A DNA stretch of 30,963 bases from Campylobacteraceae bacterium. GTDB taxonomy: Bacteria > Campylobacterota > Campylobacteria > Campylobacterales > Sulfurovaceae. The stretch spans positions 1 through 30,963 of the forward strand of contig JALVPA010000140.1 in assembly GCA_027026055.1 (NCBI GenBank). The letters run 5' to 3'. This document shows, piece by piece, positions 19,732 through 30,344 of this stretch. The position numbers and the translations under genes are program-made. Numbering within the stretch: the stretch's first letter is position 1; each line of letters starts with the position of its first letter. The notes under the pieces are model-generated. The model ran no database searches. It was not told where the DNA came from and was given only the letters and a program-made list of their open reading frames with translations.

Positions 19732-21000
19732 CTATATTTTTGCCAACGCCCGTTTCAGATCCTCTATCAAATCTTGCGTATCCTCCAGTCCGACGCTAAG
19801 GCGGATCAGTCCTTCGGGTACGCCTGCAGCTTCGAGTTCTTCTTTGTTGAGTTGCTGATGGGTGGTGCTGGCGGGATGTGTGATGATCGACTTGCTATCG
19901 CCGATATTGACGACGACGGAAAAGATTTCGGTACTATCTGCGATACGTTGCGCAGCCTCTTTGCTCTCGACTTCGAAACTAAGCAATCCGCTTGCCATGC
20001 CTTCTTTGAAATAGCGTTGTGCCAAATCGTAGTGCGGCGAACTCTTGAGTCCCGGATAGTTGACCTTTTTGACTTTGGGGTGCGATTCCAAAAACTCGGC
20101 AATCGCCAAAGCCGAAGCGGAGTGCTGACGCATACGAAGCGGCAAGGTCTCCAAACCTTGGATATGCAACCACGAATTAAAAGGACTCGGCGCGCCTCCG
20201 AGATCGCGTAAGAGCGCCAAGCGTACGCGTAGCGTAAAGATAGGCAGCGGTACATCGACATAGACCAAGCCGTGATAACTCGCATCGGGTTCATTGAAAT
20301 GGTAGTAACGGGAGTTGCCTTTGATTTTCTCTACCAGATTGTCGCGCTCGACGATAATGCCGCCCAGCGCCAGCCCTTGCCCCGTCGTATATTTGCTGGT
20401 CGAGTGCACGACCAGATCGATGCCGTACGAAAGCGGTTTGCACAAAACCGGCGTGGCGACGGTATTGTCCACGCAACTGAGAATCCCGTGTTCGTTTGCT
20501 ATCTCGGCGATCGCTTCGATATCGGCGACGTCGATACTCGGATTGGTGAGGCTTTCGAAAAGTATCAGCTTCGTCTTTTCGTCGATGAGCGGCTCAAGCG
20601 TACTTAAGTCGTTGACATCGAAAAAGCGCGCTTCGATGCCGAAACGTTTGATCGTATGCGTCGCCAAAGTATTGGTACCCCCGTAAACTTGCGATGCGAC
20701 GACGATGTTGTCCCCCGCCTCGGCGATATTGGCGATCGTATAAAATATCGCCGCCATCCCCGATGCCGTCCCTATCGCCGCGACACCCCCTTCAAGCGCG
20801 GCAAAGCGCTTCTCAAAGACATCGGTGGTGGGGTTCATCAATCTTGTATAGATATTGCCAAGCTCCTTGAGCGCAAAGAGGTTGGCGGCATGTTCGCTGT
20901 CGCGAAATTGATAGGCCGTACTTTGATAAATAGGTACCGCCATCGTACCTTGCGTGTCTTTTTCGTATCCTGCATGGATCGCCAAGGTCTGTTCATGCAT
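19732..21000 (-). CDS. metY: O-acetylhomoserine aminocarboxypropyltransferase / sulfhydrylase (PLP)
   Basis: PIYQSTAY, YTRLMNPT, HSTSKY (PLP Lys), NIGDSKSIITHPASTTH, IRLSVGLE. Confidence 0.96.
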   Translation of the reverse strand: MHEQTLAIHAGYEKDTQGTMAVPIYQSTAYQFRDSEHAANLFALKELGNIYTRLMNPTTDVFEKRFAALEGGVAAIGTASGMAAIFYTIANIAEAGDNIVVASQVYGGTNTLATHTIKRFGIEARFFDVNDLSTLEPLIDEKTKLILFESLTNPSIDVADIEAIAEIANEHGILSCVDNTVATPVLCKPLSYGIDLVVHSTSKYTTGQGLALGGIIVERDNLVEKIKGNSRYYHFNEPDASYHGLVYVDVPLPIFTLRVRLALLRDLGGAPSPFNSWLHIQGLETLPLRMRQHSASALAIAEFLESHPKVKKVNYPGLKSSPHYDLAQRYFKEGMASGLLSFEVESKEAAQRIADSTEIFSVVVNIGDSKSIITHPASTTHQQLNKEELEAAGVPEGLIRLSVGLEDTQDLIEDLKRALAKI

Positions 21001-21009
21001 CGAATGTTC

Positions 21010-21726
21010 CTATTTTTTATTTTTTACGATCTTTTCCAAAGCGGTAGCTTGCTCGTTTTTTACGGGTGTGTTTTTCTCTTCGCTCTCTTTCTTTTCGGAC
21101 GGAGCCTCTTTTTTGACGGTTCTAACACTGTTGGTCGGTTCGTAAGTCAACATCGTACCGAGCATCAAACCGCCTTCGCTCACTTTGATTTTTCGTACGG
21201 TCATCTCGCCTTTGACCCTGCCGTCTTGGTTGATCTCCAAAAGCTCCGTCGCAACGACCGTACCTTCGATTTCCCCGTTGACGATGATATGTTTAGCCAT
21301 CATTTTTTTGGTCTCGACGCGCCCGTTTTTGGTGATGTGTATCGTGTCGCAGTCGCTCATCACCGCTTCGAGCTTACCGTCGGAAACGATCTTTTTGGCA
21401 TGGATCGTATCGGCGACATATCCCGTTTGCGTCACTTCCAAGTTGTCGCAATGCACTGTCCCGTTGATCTTACCGCTGACGGTTACTTTTTTGGCGGAGA
21501 CATCACCGGTCACCACCCCTTCTTTCCCGATGACGACATCCTCTTCTACTTTGACATCACCGTGTACTTTACCGTCGATACGAATGCTCCCGCACCCTTT
21601 GACATTTCCCAAAATCTCCATACATCCCGTAATAGCAGCCATTCCGCTCTGCACAGCGGCGGATGTACTCGGCGTAGAAAATATCTCGGATTTTTTCTCC
21701 TGTTTGCCACTACCGAAAAACGCCAT
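21010..21726 (-). CDS. Bactofilin (polymer-forming cytoskeletal protein), extended beta-helix
   Basis: MAFF N-terminal motif; repeats such as IRIDGKVHGDV, VVIGKEGVVTGDVSAK, VTVSGKINGTV, terminal VSEGGLMLG. Confidence 0.9.
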   Translation of the reverse strand: MAFFGSGKQEKKSEIFSTPSTSAAVQSGMAAITGCMEILGNVKGCGSIRIDGKVHGDVKVEEDVVIGKEGVVTGDVSAKKVTVSGKINGTVHCDNLEVTQTGYVADTIHAKKIVSDGKLEAVMSDCDTIHITKNGRVETKKMMAKHIIVNGEIEGTVVATELLEINQDGRVKGEMTVRKIKVSEGGLMLGTMLTYEPTNSVRTVKKEAPSEKKESEEKNTPVKNEQATALEKIVKNKK

Positions 21727-21761
21727 CGCTAATCCTTTTTAAAGATATTTTGTTGTGCTCT

Positions 21762-21767
21762 ATTGTA
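21762..21767 (-). promoter_or_regulatory. Candidate -10 box (TACAAT) for bactofilin-metY
   Basis: 35 nt upstream of the bactofilin ATG; SD AAAGGA follows. Confidence 0.35.
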
Positions 21768-21891
21768 TCTCATTCGGATTTAAAGATAGAAATATTCTCA
21801 TTGTAATTTTTTGATAGAGGGTTTTCATCGAAGGCTTATGGGTTTGCCGTATCGGCTACCGCTTCAAAGCGATACCGGAGAAAAAGCTCGT

Positions 21892-24701
<2,810 letters not shown>

Positions 24702-24739
24702 GTCTCAATCCCTGTCAAACTCTGTAATTTTCAAAAACA

Positions 24740-24745
24740 ATTATA
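24740..24745 (-). promoter_or_regulatory. -10 box (TATAAT) for gatA-guaB
   Basis: TTGGCTATAAT on the minus strand, the same context as the tRNA operon promoter. Confidence 0.55.
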
Positions 24746-24764
24746 GCCAAAACTCGATTTGAGC

Positions 24765-24887
24765 TTAAATCTCTTTGCGTTTTTTATAATACGCCACAAC
24801 CGCCAAACCGATACCTACCAAAGCAAAGATAAAAAGGATGGAGCCCACGATCACTTCCGTAGGTACGGGTTTGCCGAGATCCCACAT
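24765..24887 (-). CDS. Small single-pass membrane protein, 40 aa ([40 protein letters not shown])
   Basis: ATG overlaps the ileS stop (TGATG); one hydrophobic stretch of about 21 aa followed by KKRK; below the ORF track cutoff. Confidence 0.75.
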   Translation of the reverse strand: MWDLGKPVPTEVIVGSILFIFALVGIGLAVVAYYKKRKEI

Positions 24888-27640
24888 CAGCCTATCACCT
24901 CTCGACAACGTTCGCAGAGGCTATCTTCCGCCTTCGCCGCATAGCGCCAACACCTCGGGCACTTGTGTCCCGACGCTTTATGCACGCCAAAGTGCAGTTG
25001 ACCCACCTCGAAGCTCGCCAACTTCTCCGTCTCGCTTATATCTTTACAAGCGGAAACCACAAACCAATCCTCCAAATCCTTCGCCTCTTTTAAGCCGAAA
25101 CGCTCGCAATCGCCGACGATCTCAAGCTCCAGTGTCGCTTTGATGCGCTTCTCTTTTTTAAGTCCGTCAACGATCTCGTAAAACTTCTCACGTGCCTCAA
25201 GCAAAAGCACATCGTCGAAGGGAGCCTCGACGCTCGGAATCGGCGTATAGCTCAGATCAAAAATATCCTCCGCATCGCCTCGAAGCACCGCGGGCGCATA
25301 AGAGAGCACCTCATCGGCGGTATAGGTCAACACCGGCGCGACCAGCAACAGCATCGCTTTGGCGATATGATACATCGCCGTTTGTGTCGCGCGTCGGCTC
25401 GACGCCTCTTTGGCATCGCAGTAGAGACGGTCTTTGGTAATGTCAAGATAGATGCCGCTAAGCTCGTTGGTGACGAAGTGATTGAGCGTTGCGAAAGCTC
25501 TAAGGAAGTCATACGCCTCGAAGCTTTGACGCACGCTCTCGAAAACATCCGCAGCTTTGGCAAGAATCCAGCGATCCAATGCGCCAAGCGCCTCCATCTC
25601 AAGCGGTGTATCCAAATCGTCGATATTGGCAAGCAAAAAACGGAAGGTGTTGCGCAGTTTGCGGTACTGTTCGGCGGTCTGTTTCAAGATATTGTCGCTG
25701 ATCTTCAGATCGGCTTGATAATCACTCAACGCCACCCACAAGCGCAGTATCTCCGAACCGTACTGCTGCATCACCTTTTCGGGCGCTACGACATTGCCTT
25801 TGGACTTAGACATCTTCTCGCCCTTCTCATCCACCGTAAAACCGTGCGTCAAGAGCGTTTCGTAAGGCGCTTTGGCATGGAGTGCGCTACTGAGCAAAAG
25901 CGAAGATTGGAACCACCCGCGGTGCTGATCGCTTCCCTCCAAATAGAGCGAAGCGGGATAATCACCCGCATCGTAGTTGCCGCTAAGCAGCACGCTGTTC
26001 CATGTTGAGCCGCTATCGAACCACACATCGAGGATATCGTCGATCTTTTCGAGGTTGGCGGGATTGTAGCCGCTATTTTCGGGAAGCAGCTCCGCAATAT
26101 CGAACTTATACCACGCATCGGCACCATACTCGTCAAAAAGCGAAGCGATGTGCGCAAGCACCGCTTCGTCCAAAATCACCTCTTTGGTACGTTTGTCTCT
26201 AAAAAAGGCAATAGGCACCCCCCAACTGCGCTGACGCGAGATACACCAGTCGGGTCGTTGCTCGATCATCGGTTTAAGCCTGTTTTTCGCCGTCTCGGGG
26301 TAGAAGCCGACCGATTCGATCGCTTCCAGAGCAATCTCACGTAGGCTCTTTTGCTCCCCTTCCGGCGTGCCGTCTACGGCGATAAACCACTGGTTAGTCG
26401 CGCGGTAAATGAGCGGCTTTTTGGTACGCCAACAGTGCGGATAGGAGTGGGTAAATTTGCTGACTTTAAGCAAATTCTCGCCCAAAAGCTCCAAAATCGG
26501 TTCGTTGGCTTTAAAGATATGCATACCGACGAATTTTTCGGGTTCGGGAAGAAGGTTTTTGCCGACAACCGACTCGTCGTAACATCCTCTTTCGTCCACC
26601 GGCATGATCACTTCCAAACCGTATTTGAGTCCGACGCGATAGTCGTCCTCTCCGTGCCCCGGTGCGGTATGTACCGCTCCCGTACCGCCGCTCATTTCGA
26701 CATGTTCACCCAACACGATCGTAGAGGGCCTTCCGTTAAGCGGATTGATCGCCAAAAGCCCTTCTAACTCTACCGGAGAGATTTTTCTATCGGCATGTCC
26801 GCTCACCACCCCCTCTTCGATCATCGCGTCGTAGCGTGCTTCGGCGACGATGTGCCCGTCGGAGGTGAGTACGTACATCTCGTCGGGATGGATGGCGATG
26901 CCGCTATTGGCAGGCAACGTCCACGGTGTGGTCGTCCAGATAACGATACCCGCTTTACCGTGAATGTCGAGACGCTCTTTCGCCGCATCGGAAAGCTCGA
27001 AGTGCACATAGATGGAGTAATCCTCTTTCTCTTTATACTCCACTTCCGCATCCGCCAGCGCCGTCTGCGCCGCCCACGACCAGTAGATCGGCTTGTGACG
27101 CTCCACCAAAAGCCCTTTGCGCGCAATGTCGCAAAGGGTACGGTAGATATTTGCCTCGAACTTAAAATCCATCGTCACGTAGGGGTGTTCCCAATCGGCA
27201 ATCACCCCAAGCTTTTTAAAACTTTCGCGCTGAATATCGATGTAGGTCGCCGCATGTTCGCGACAAAGCGCACGAAAAGCCTCGGTAGGCATCGCCTCTT
27301 TTTTCGCTTTGCCGATTTTTTCTTCCACCTTTTGCTCGATCGGCAAACCGTGACAGTCCCAGCCCGGCGTCAAGCGTACCGCACGTCCTTGAAAATAGTT
27401 GAACTTGACGATGATATCTTTGAGAATCTTGTTGAGCGCATGCCCGATATGAATATCGCCGTTGGCGTACGGCGGTCCGTCATGCAGCGTAAAGAGCGGC
27501 GCGCCCTCGCGACACTTCTTCATCTTTTCGTATACGCCTTTTTCAAACCACTCGGCGTAACGTGCAGGCTCGTTTTTAGGCAGGTTGCCGCGCATTGGAA
27601 AGTCGGTTTTGGGAAGGAGTAGCGTTGCTTTGTAATCCAT
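24887..27640 (-). CDS. ileS: Isoleucine--tRNA ligase (type 1, C-terminal Zn finger), 917 aa
   Basis: [49 protein letters not shown]; start MDYK at 27640 after AGAGG. Confidence 0.99.
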   Translation of the reverse strand: MDYKATLLLPKTDFPMRGNLPKNEPARYAEWFEKGVYEKMKKCREGAPLFTLHDGPPYANGDIHIGHALNKILKDIIVKFNYFQGRAVRLTPGWDCHGLPIEQKVEEKIGKAKKEAMPTEAFRALCREHAATYIDIQRESFKKLGVIADWEHPYVTMDFKFEANIYRTLCDIARKGLLVERHKPIYWSWAAQTALADAEVEYKEKEDYSIYVHFELSDAAKERLDIHGKAGIVIWTTTPWTLPANSGIAIHPDEMYVLTSDGHIVAEARYDAMIEEGVVSGHADRKISPVELEGLLAINPLNGRPSTIVLGEHVEMSGGTGAVHTAPGHGEDDYRVGLKYGLEVIMPVDERGCYDESVVGKNLLPEPEKFVGMHIFKANEPILELLGENLLKVSKFTHSYPHCWRTKKPLIYRATNQWFIAVDGTPEGEQKSLREIALEAIESVGFYPETAKNRLKPMIEQRPDWCISRQRSWGVPIAFFRDKRTKEVILDEAVLAHIASLFDEYGADAWYKFDIAELLPENSGYNPANLEKIDDILDVWFDSGSTWNSVLLSGNYDAGDYPASLYLEGSDQHRGWFQSSLLLSSALHAKAPYETLLTHGFTVDEKGEKMSKSKGNVVAPEKVMQQYGSEILRLWVALSDYQADLKISDNILKQTAEQYRKLRNTFRFLLANIDDLDTPLEMEALGALDRWILAKAADVFESVRQSFEAYDFLRAFATLNHFVTNELSGIYLDITKDRLYCDAKEASSRRATQTAMYHIAKAMLLLVAPVLTYTADEVLSYAPAVLRGDAEDIFDLSYTPIPSVEAPFDDVLLLEAREKFYEIVDGLKKEKRIKATLELEIVGDCERFGLKEAKDLEDWFVVSACKDISETEKLASFEVGQLHFGVHKASGHKCPRCWRYAAKAEDSLCERCREVIG

Positions 27641-27750
27641 CGTCGTATGACCTCTGTCGTTTTGTCGCTCCGAAGATACCGAAGGCACGATACGGAATAT
27701 AGAAAAGACGCCGTATCGGTACGGTAACGCAAGCGGTAATAGTTGACGCG

Positions 27751-27756
27751 ATTATA
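27751..27756 (-). promoter_or_regulatory. -10 box (TATAAT) for ileS, implying a leader of about 100 nt
   Basis: GAGGTATAAT on the minus strand. Confidence 0.55.
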
Positions 27757-27786
27757 CCTCAAGGCGTATTAGAGGCTACTTTTCGC

Positions 27787-27792
27787 TATCAT
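27787..27792 (+). promoter_or_regulatory. Candidate -10 box (TATCAT) 6 nt before the pncC ATG (leaderless)
   Basis: cgcTATCAT-tacggt-ATG; no SD. Confidence 0.4.
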
Positions 27793-27798
27793 TACGGT

Positions 27799-28275
27799 AT
27801 GCAAAAGATACACGAAACGGTCAAAGAGATTATCGATATATTAAAAGCGCGTCGCCAAAGCGTTACGTTTGCCGAAAGCTGTACCGGCGGCGGCGTGGCG
27901 GCGACCTTTACCGCCGTGCCCGGCGCATCGGCTGTTTTTAACGGTAGTGTCGTTACGTATGCCAACGAAATCAAACATCGCTGGCTCGGCGTTTCCGAAG
28001 AGGTGCTCGCTACCTACGGCGCCGTCAGCGAAGAGTGCGTTTCGCAAATGCTCGACGGTGTAAAAAAACTAGTGCAAGCCGATTACGCCGTAGCGATTTC
28101 AGGGATTGCCGGTCCCGACGGCGGCACGCCTCAAAAACCCGTAGGTACGGTCTATATCGGTTTGTTAACACCCGATTTCAAAGAGGTTGAACACCATATC
28201 TTCGACGGAAATCGAGAAGCAATACAACGCCAATCGATCGCACGCGCACTCACCCAGTTAAGAAGCCGTTTATAA
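27799..28275 (+). CDS. pncC: CinA C-terminal domain protein / NMN amidohydrolase PncC
   Basis: FAESCTGG, GSVVTYANEIK..LGV, AVSEE, SGIAGPDGG..KPVGTV. Confidence 0.92.
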   Translation: MQKIHETVKEIIDILKARRQSVTFAESCTGGGVAATFTAVPGASAVFNGSVVTYANEIKHRWLGVSEEVLATYGAVSEECVSQMLDGVKKLVQADYAVAISGIAGPDGGTPQKPVGTVYIGLLTPDFKEVEHHIFDGNREAIQRQSIARALTQLRSRL

Positions 28276-28304
28276 AATTTTTGTAAAATTTTTTGATTTT
28301 TTAC

Positions 28305-28333
28305 TTGACAATAAAGCCGCTCTTGGCTATAAT
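28305..28333 (+). promoter_or_regulatory. Consensus sigma70 promoter of the tRNA operon
   Basis: TTGACA-N17-TATAAT, perfect consensus, followed by a GC-rich discriminator (TCCGTCC). Confidence 0.9.
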
Positions 28334-28370
28334 TCCGTCCACTTATTCGGAAGATTTCCGAAAAAGAGAC

Positions 28371-28446
28371 GACCCGTTAGCTCAGTTGGTAGAGCAACTC
28401 CCTTTTAAGGAGTGGGCCCTTGGTTCGAATCCAAGACGGGTCACCA
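28371..28446 (+). tRNA. tRNA-Lys(TTT) copy 1
   Basis: Cloverleaf; anticodon arm ACTCC-CTTTTAA-GGAGT; encoded CCA. Confidence 0.97.
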
Positions 28447-28458
28447 CTATTTACTTTT

Positions 28459-28535
28459 GCGGCGGTAGTTCAGCCGGTTAGAATACCTGCCTGTCACGCA
28501 GGGGGTCGCGGGTTCGAGTCCCGTCCGCCGCGCCA
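28459..28535 (+). tRNA. tRNA-Asp(GTC) copy 1
   Basis: Anticodon arm CCTGC-CTGTCAC-GCAGG; G73; CCA. Confidence 0.97.
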
Positions 28536-28542
28536 CTTTGAA

Positions 28543-28618
28543 GACCCGTTAGCTCAGTTGGTAGAGCAACTCCCTTTTAAGGAGTGGGCCCTTGGTTCGA
28601 ATCCAAGACGGGTCACCA
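28543..28618 (+). tRNA. tRNA-Lys(TTT) copy 2, identical to copy 1
   Basis: Same 76-nt sequence as 28371-28446. Confidence 0.97.
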
Positions 28619-28635
28619 CCGTACAGTTTCATCAA

Positions 28636-28711
28636 GGTCGCTTAGCTCAGTTGGTAGAGCGCCACCCTTACAAGGTGGATGCCAGTGGTTCGAGTCCACT
28701 AGCGACCACCA
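28636..28711 (+). tRNA. tRNA-Val(TAC) copy 1
   Basis: Anticodon arm CCACC-CTTACAA-GGTGG; CCA. Confidence 0.97.
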
Positions 28712-28738
28712 TCTATTTGTGACTGTTCGGAACTAGAT

Positions 28739-28814
28739 GACCCTTTCATCTAGTGGCCAAGGATGCTACGTTTTCAGCGTAGTCACAGAGGTTCAAATCC
28801 TCTAAGGGTCGCCA
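28739..28814 (+). tRNA. tRNA-Glu(TTC)
   Basis: Acceptor GACCCTT/AAGGGTC; anticodon arm CTACG-TTTTCAG-CGTAG; G73; CCA. Confidence 0.95.
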
Positions 28815-28822
28815 TTTTACGC

Positions 28823-28898
28823 GGTCGCTTAGCTCAGTTGGTAGAGCGCCACCCTTACAAGGTGGATGCCAGTGGTTCGAGTCCACTAGCGACCACCA
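28823..28898 (+). tRNA. tRNA-Val(TAC) copy 2, identical to copy 1
   Basis: Same 76-nt sequence as 28636-28711. Confidence 0.97.
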
Positions 28899-28904
28899 TC
28901 TTTT

Positions 28905-28981
28905 GCGGCGGTAGTTCAGCCGGTTAGAATACCTGCCTGTCACGCAGGGGGTCGCGGGTTCGAGTCCCGTCCGCCGCGCCA
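28905..28981 (+). tRNA. tRNA-Asp(GTC) copy 2, identical to copy 1
   Basis: Same 77-nt sequence as 28459-28535. Confidence 0.97.
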
Positions 28982-29015
28982 TCGCTTCTTACTATTTTTC
29001 AAACGTCTTCACATT

Positions 29016-29102
29016 GCGGATGTGGCGGAATTGGTAGACGCGCTAGATTCAGGTTCTAGTGGGAGCAATCCCGTGGAGGTTCGAGTCCTCTCATCCGCAC
29101 CA
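29016..29102 (+). tRNA. tRNA-Leu(CAG)
   Basis: Anticodon arm CTAGA-TTCAGGT-TCTAG; long variable arm GGGA-GCAA-TCCC; CCA. Confidence 0.96.
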
Positions 29103-29113
29103 TCGTAAAGAAC

Positions 29114-29794
29114 CTATTTTTCCCATGCAATCGGTGTTTTTCCTTCTTTTTCCAAATAGTCGTTAATACGCGAAAAAGGCTTGCTTCCGAAAAATCCGCG
29201 ATAGGCAGAGAGCGGCGAAGGGTGCGGTGCTTTAATGACATGGTGTTTACTCATATCGATCATCGCCCCTTTCTTTTGCGCATACGCACCCCAAAGCACA
29301 AAGACCACCCCCTCTTTTTCGCGGTTAATCACCTCGATGACACGATCGGTAAAGCGCTCCCACCCCTTACCTTGGTGCGATCCGGGCTTGCCCGCTTCGA
29401 CGGTCAGCACCGCGTTGAGCAGCAACACACCTTGCTCTGCCCACCCTTGTAGATAACCCGAAGCGAAACGATCGATACCCGTATCCTCTTTGAGCTCCGT
29501 AAAGATATTGACAAGCGATTTGGGCAGCGGCGAGACTTCGGGGCGCACCGAGAAGCACAGCCCGTGCGCATGTCCCGGTGTCGGGTAGGGATCTTGTCCG
29601 AGAATCACCACTTTGACCTTATCAAGCGGCGTACTGTTAAGCGCATTGAACCAAAGTTTCGGTTCGGGGAAAATCCTCTTGCCCTTGTGCATTTCTTCTA
29701 CCAAAAAACTGCGCAGTTGCCGCATATAGGGCTGCTCGAACTCCGCTTGCAAATGCGCCAACCACGAGGGGTGCAAAGCTATCTGTTGTTTCAT
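29114..29794 (-). CDS. ung: Uracil-DNA glycosylase (family 1)
   Basis: GQDPY, GLCFSV, QGVLLLN, HPSPLS. Confidence 0.97.
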   Translation of the reverse strand: MKQQIALHPSWLAHLQAEFEQPYMRQLRSFLVEEMHKGKRIFPEPKLWFNALNSTPLDKVKVVILGQDPYPTPGHAHGLCFSVRPEVSPLPKSLVNIFTELKEDTGIDRFASGYLQGWAEQGVLLLNAVLTVEAGKPGSHQGKGWERFTDRVIEVINREKEGVVFVLWGAYAQKKGAMIDMSKHHVIKAPHPSPLSAYRGFFGSKPFSRINDYLEKEGKTPIAWEK

Positions 29795-29801
29795 AACCCA
29801 A

Positions 29802-29810
29802 AGCCTAACA
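29802..29810 (-). promoter_or_regulatory. Candidate extended -10 (TGtTAGGCT) 7 nt before the ung ATG (leaderless)
   Basis: TG-n-TAnnnT followed by 7 nt then ATG; no SD. Confidence 0.4.
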
Positions 29811-29829
29811 CCACTTTACTTTAAATCGC

Positions 29830-29858
29830 TTGACGCTGCTTTAAAAAAACGTTATACT
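29830..29858 (+). promoter_or_regulatory. Sigma70 promoter of the TA operon
   Basis: TTGACG-N17-TATACT. Confidence 0.75.
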
Positions 29859-29860
29859 TG

Positions 29861-29874
29861 TCATATATGTATGA
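29861..29874. promoter_or_regulatory. Candidate antitoxin operator palindrome TCATA-tatg-TATGA
   Basis: Inverted repeat over the expected +1; type II RHH antitoxins typically autorepress at such sites. Confidence 0.5.
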
Positions 29875-29887
29875 TGAAAGGAAGACT

Positions 29888-30109
29888 ATGCTAAGTGTGC
29901 GCCTGCCAAAAGAGATGGAAGCGCGTATCGAAAGATTGGCGAAGGCGACAAAAAGACCTAAGAGTTTTTTTGTCAAAGAGGCGTTAAGCAACTATCTCGA
30001 AGATATGGAAGAGTACTACGAAGCGCTTAAGCGCCGTAACGATCCGAATAGGAACCTTATCAGCCTCGAAGAGCTGGAGCACGCCCTTGAGCTACACGAT
30101 ACGCATTGA
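29888..30109 (+). CDS. Type II antitoxin, ribbon-helix-helix (RelB/CopG-like), 73 aa
   Basis: MLSVRLPKEMEARIERLAKATKRPKSFFVKEAL RHH pattern with an acidic C-terminus; ATG 29888 after AAAGGAAG. Confidence 0.88.
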   Translation: MLSVRLPKEMEARIERLAKATKRPKSFFVKEALSNYLEDMEEYYEALKRRNDPNRNLISLEELEHALELHDTH

Positions 30110-30341
30110 CGATAAGGTGATCAAAGATCTGAAAAAGATCGACAAAGCATGGCAAAAACGGATTTTATACAAGATCAAGACAACCCTGGCAGAAAATCCT
30201 TATAGCGGTAAAAAGTTAGTAGGCGATCTCTCGCCCTTTTGGCGCCTTCGCGTAGGCGATTATAGAGTGATTTATACCATCGAAGAGAAGATCGTTACGG
30301 TCGAAGTCGTAAAGATCAGGCATCGCAAAGAAGCCTATTAG
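30087..30341 (+). CDS. relE: Type II toxin, RelE/StbE family (TTG start)
   Basis: DLKKID, L.ENP..GKKL.GDL...WRLRVGDYRVIY, IRHRKEAY; GGAG SD; overlaps the antitoxin by 23 nt. Confidence 0.92.
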   Translation: MSYTIRIDDKVIKDLKKIDKAWQKRILYKIKTTLAENPYSGKKLVGDLSPFWRLRVGDYRVIYTIEEKIVTVEVVKIRHRKEAY

Positions 30342-30344
30342 TCT

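Noticed and set aside
21846-21880. GC-rich hairpin after the guaB stop and a 22-codon ORF MKTLYQ... upstream of the bactofilin gene
   Set aside because: The hairpin lacks a U-tract and has ambiguous pairing; the ORF has no SD.
28371-28981. Identical repeated 76-77-nt units that could resemble a repeat array or CRISPR
   Set aside because: They are duplicated tRNA-Lys, -Asp and -Val genes, which is common for abundant isoacceptors.
29570-29610. Ung motif GQDPYP instead of GQDPYH
   Set aside because: A known functional variant, for example in mycobacterial Ung.
29016-30344. tRNA-Leu followed by ung and a TA pair as a possible integrated island
   Set aside because: No integrase and no duplicated tRNA 3' end (att site) in the window; ung is a normal housekeeping gene.
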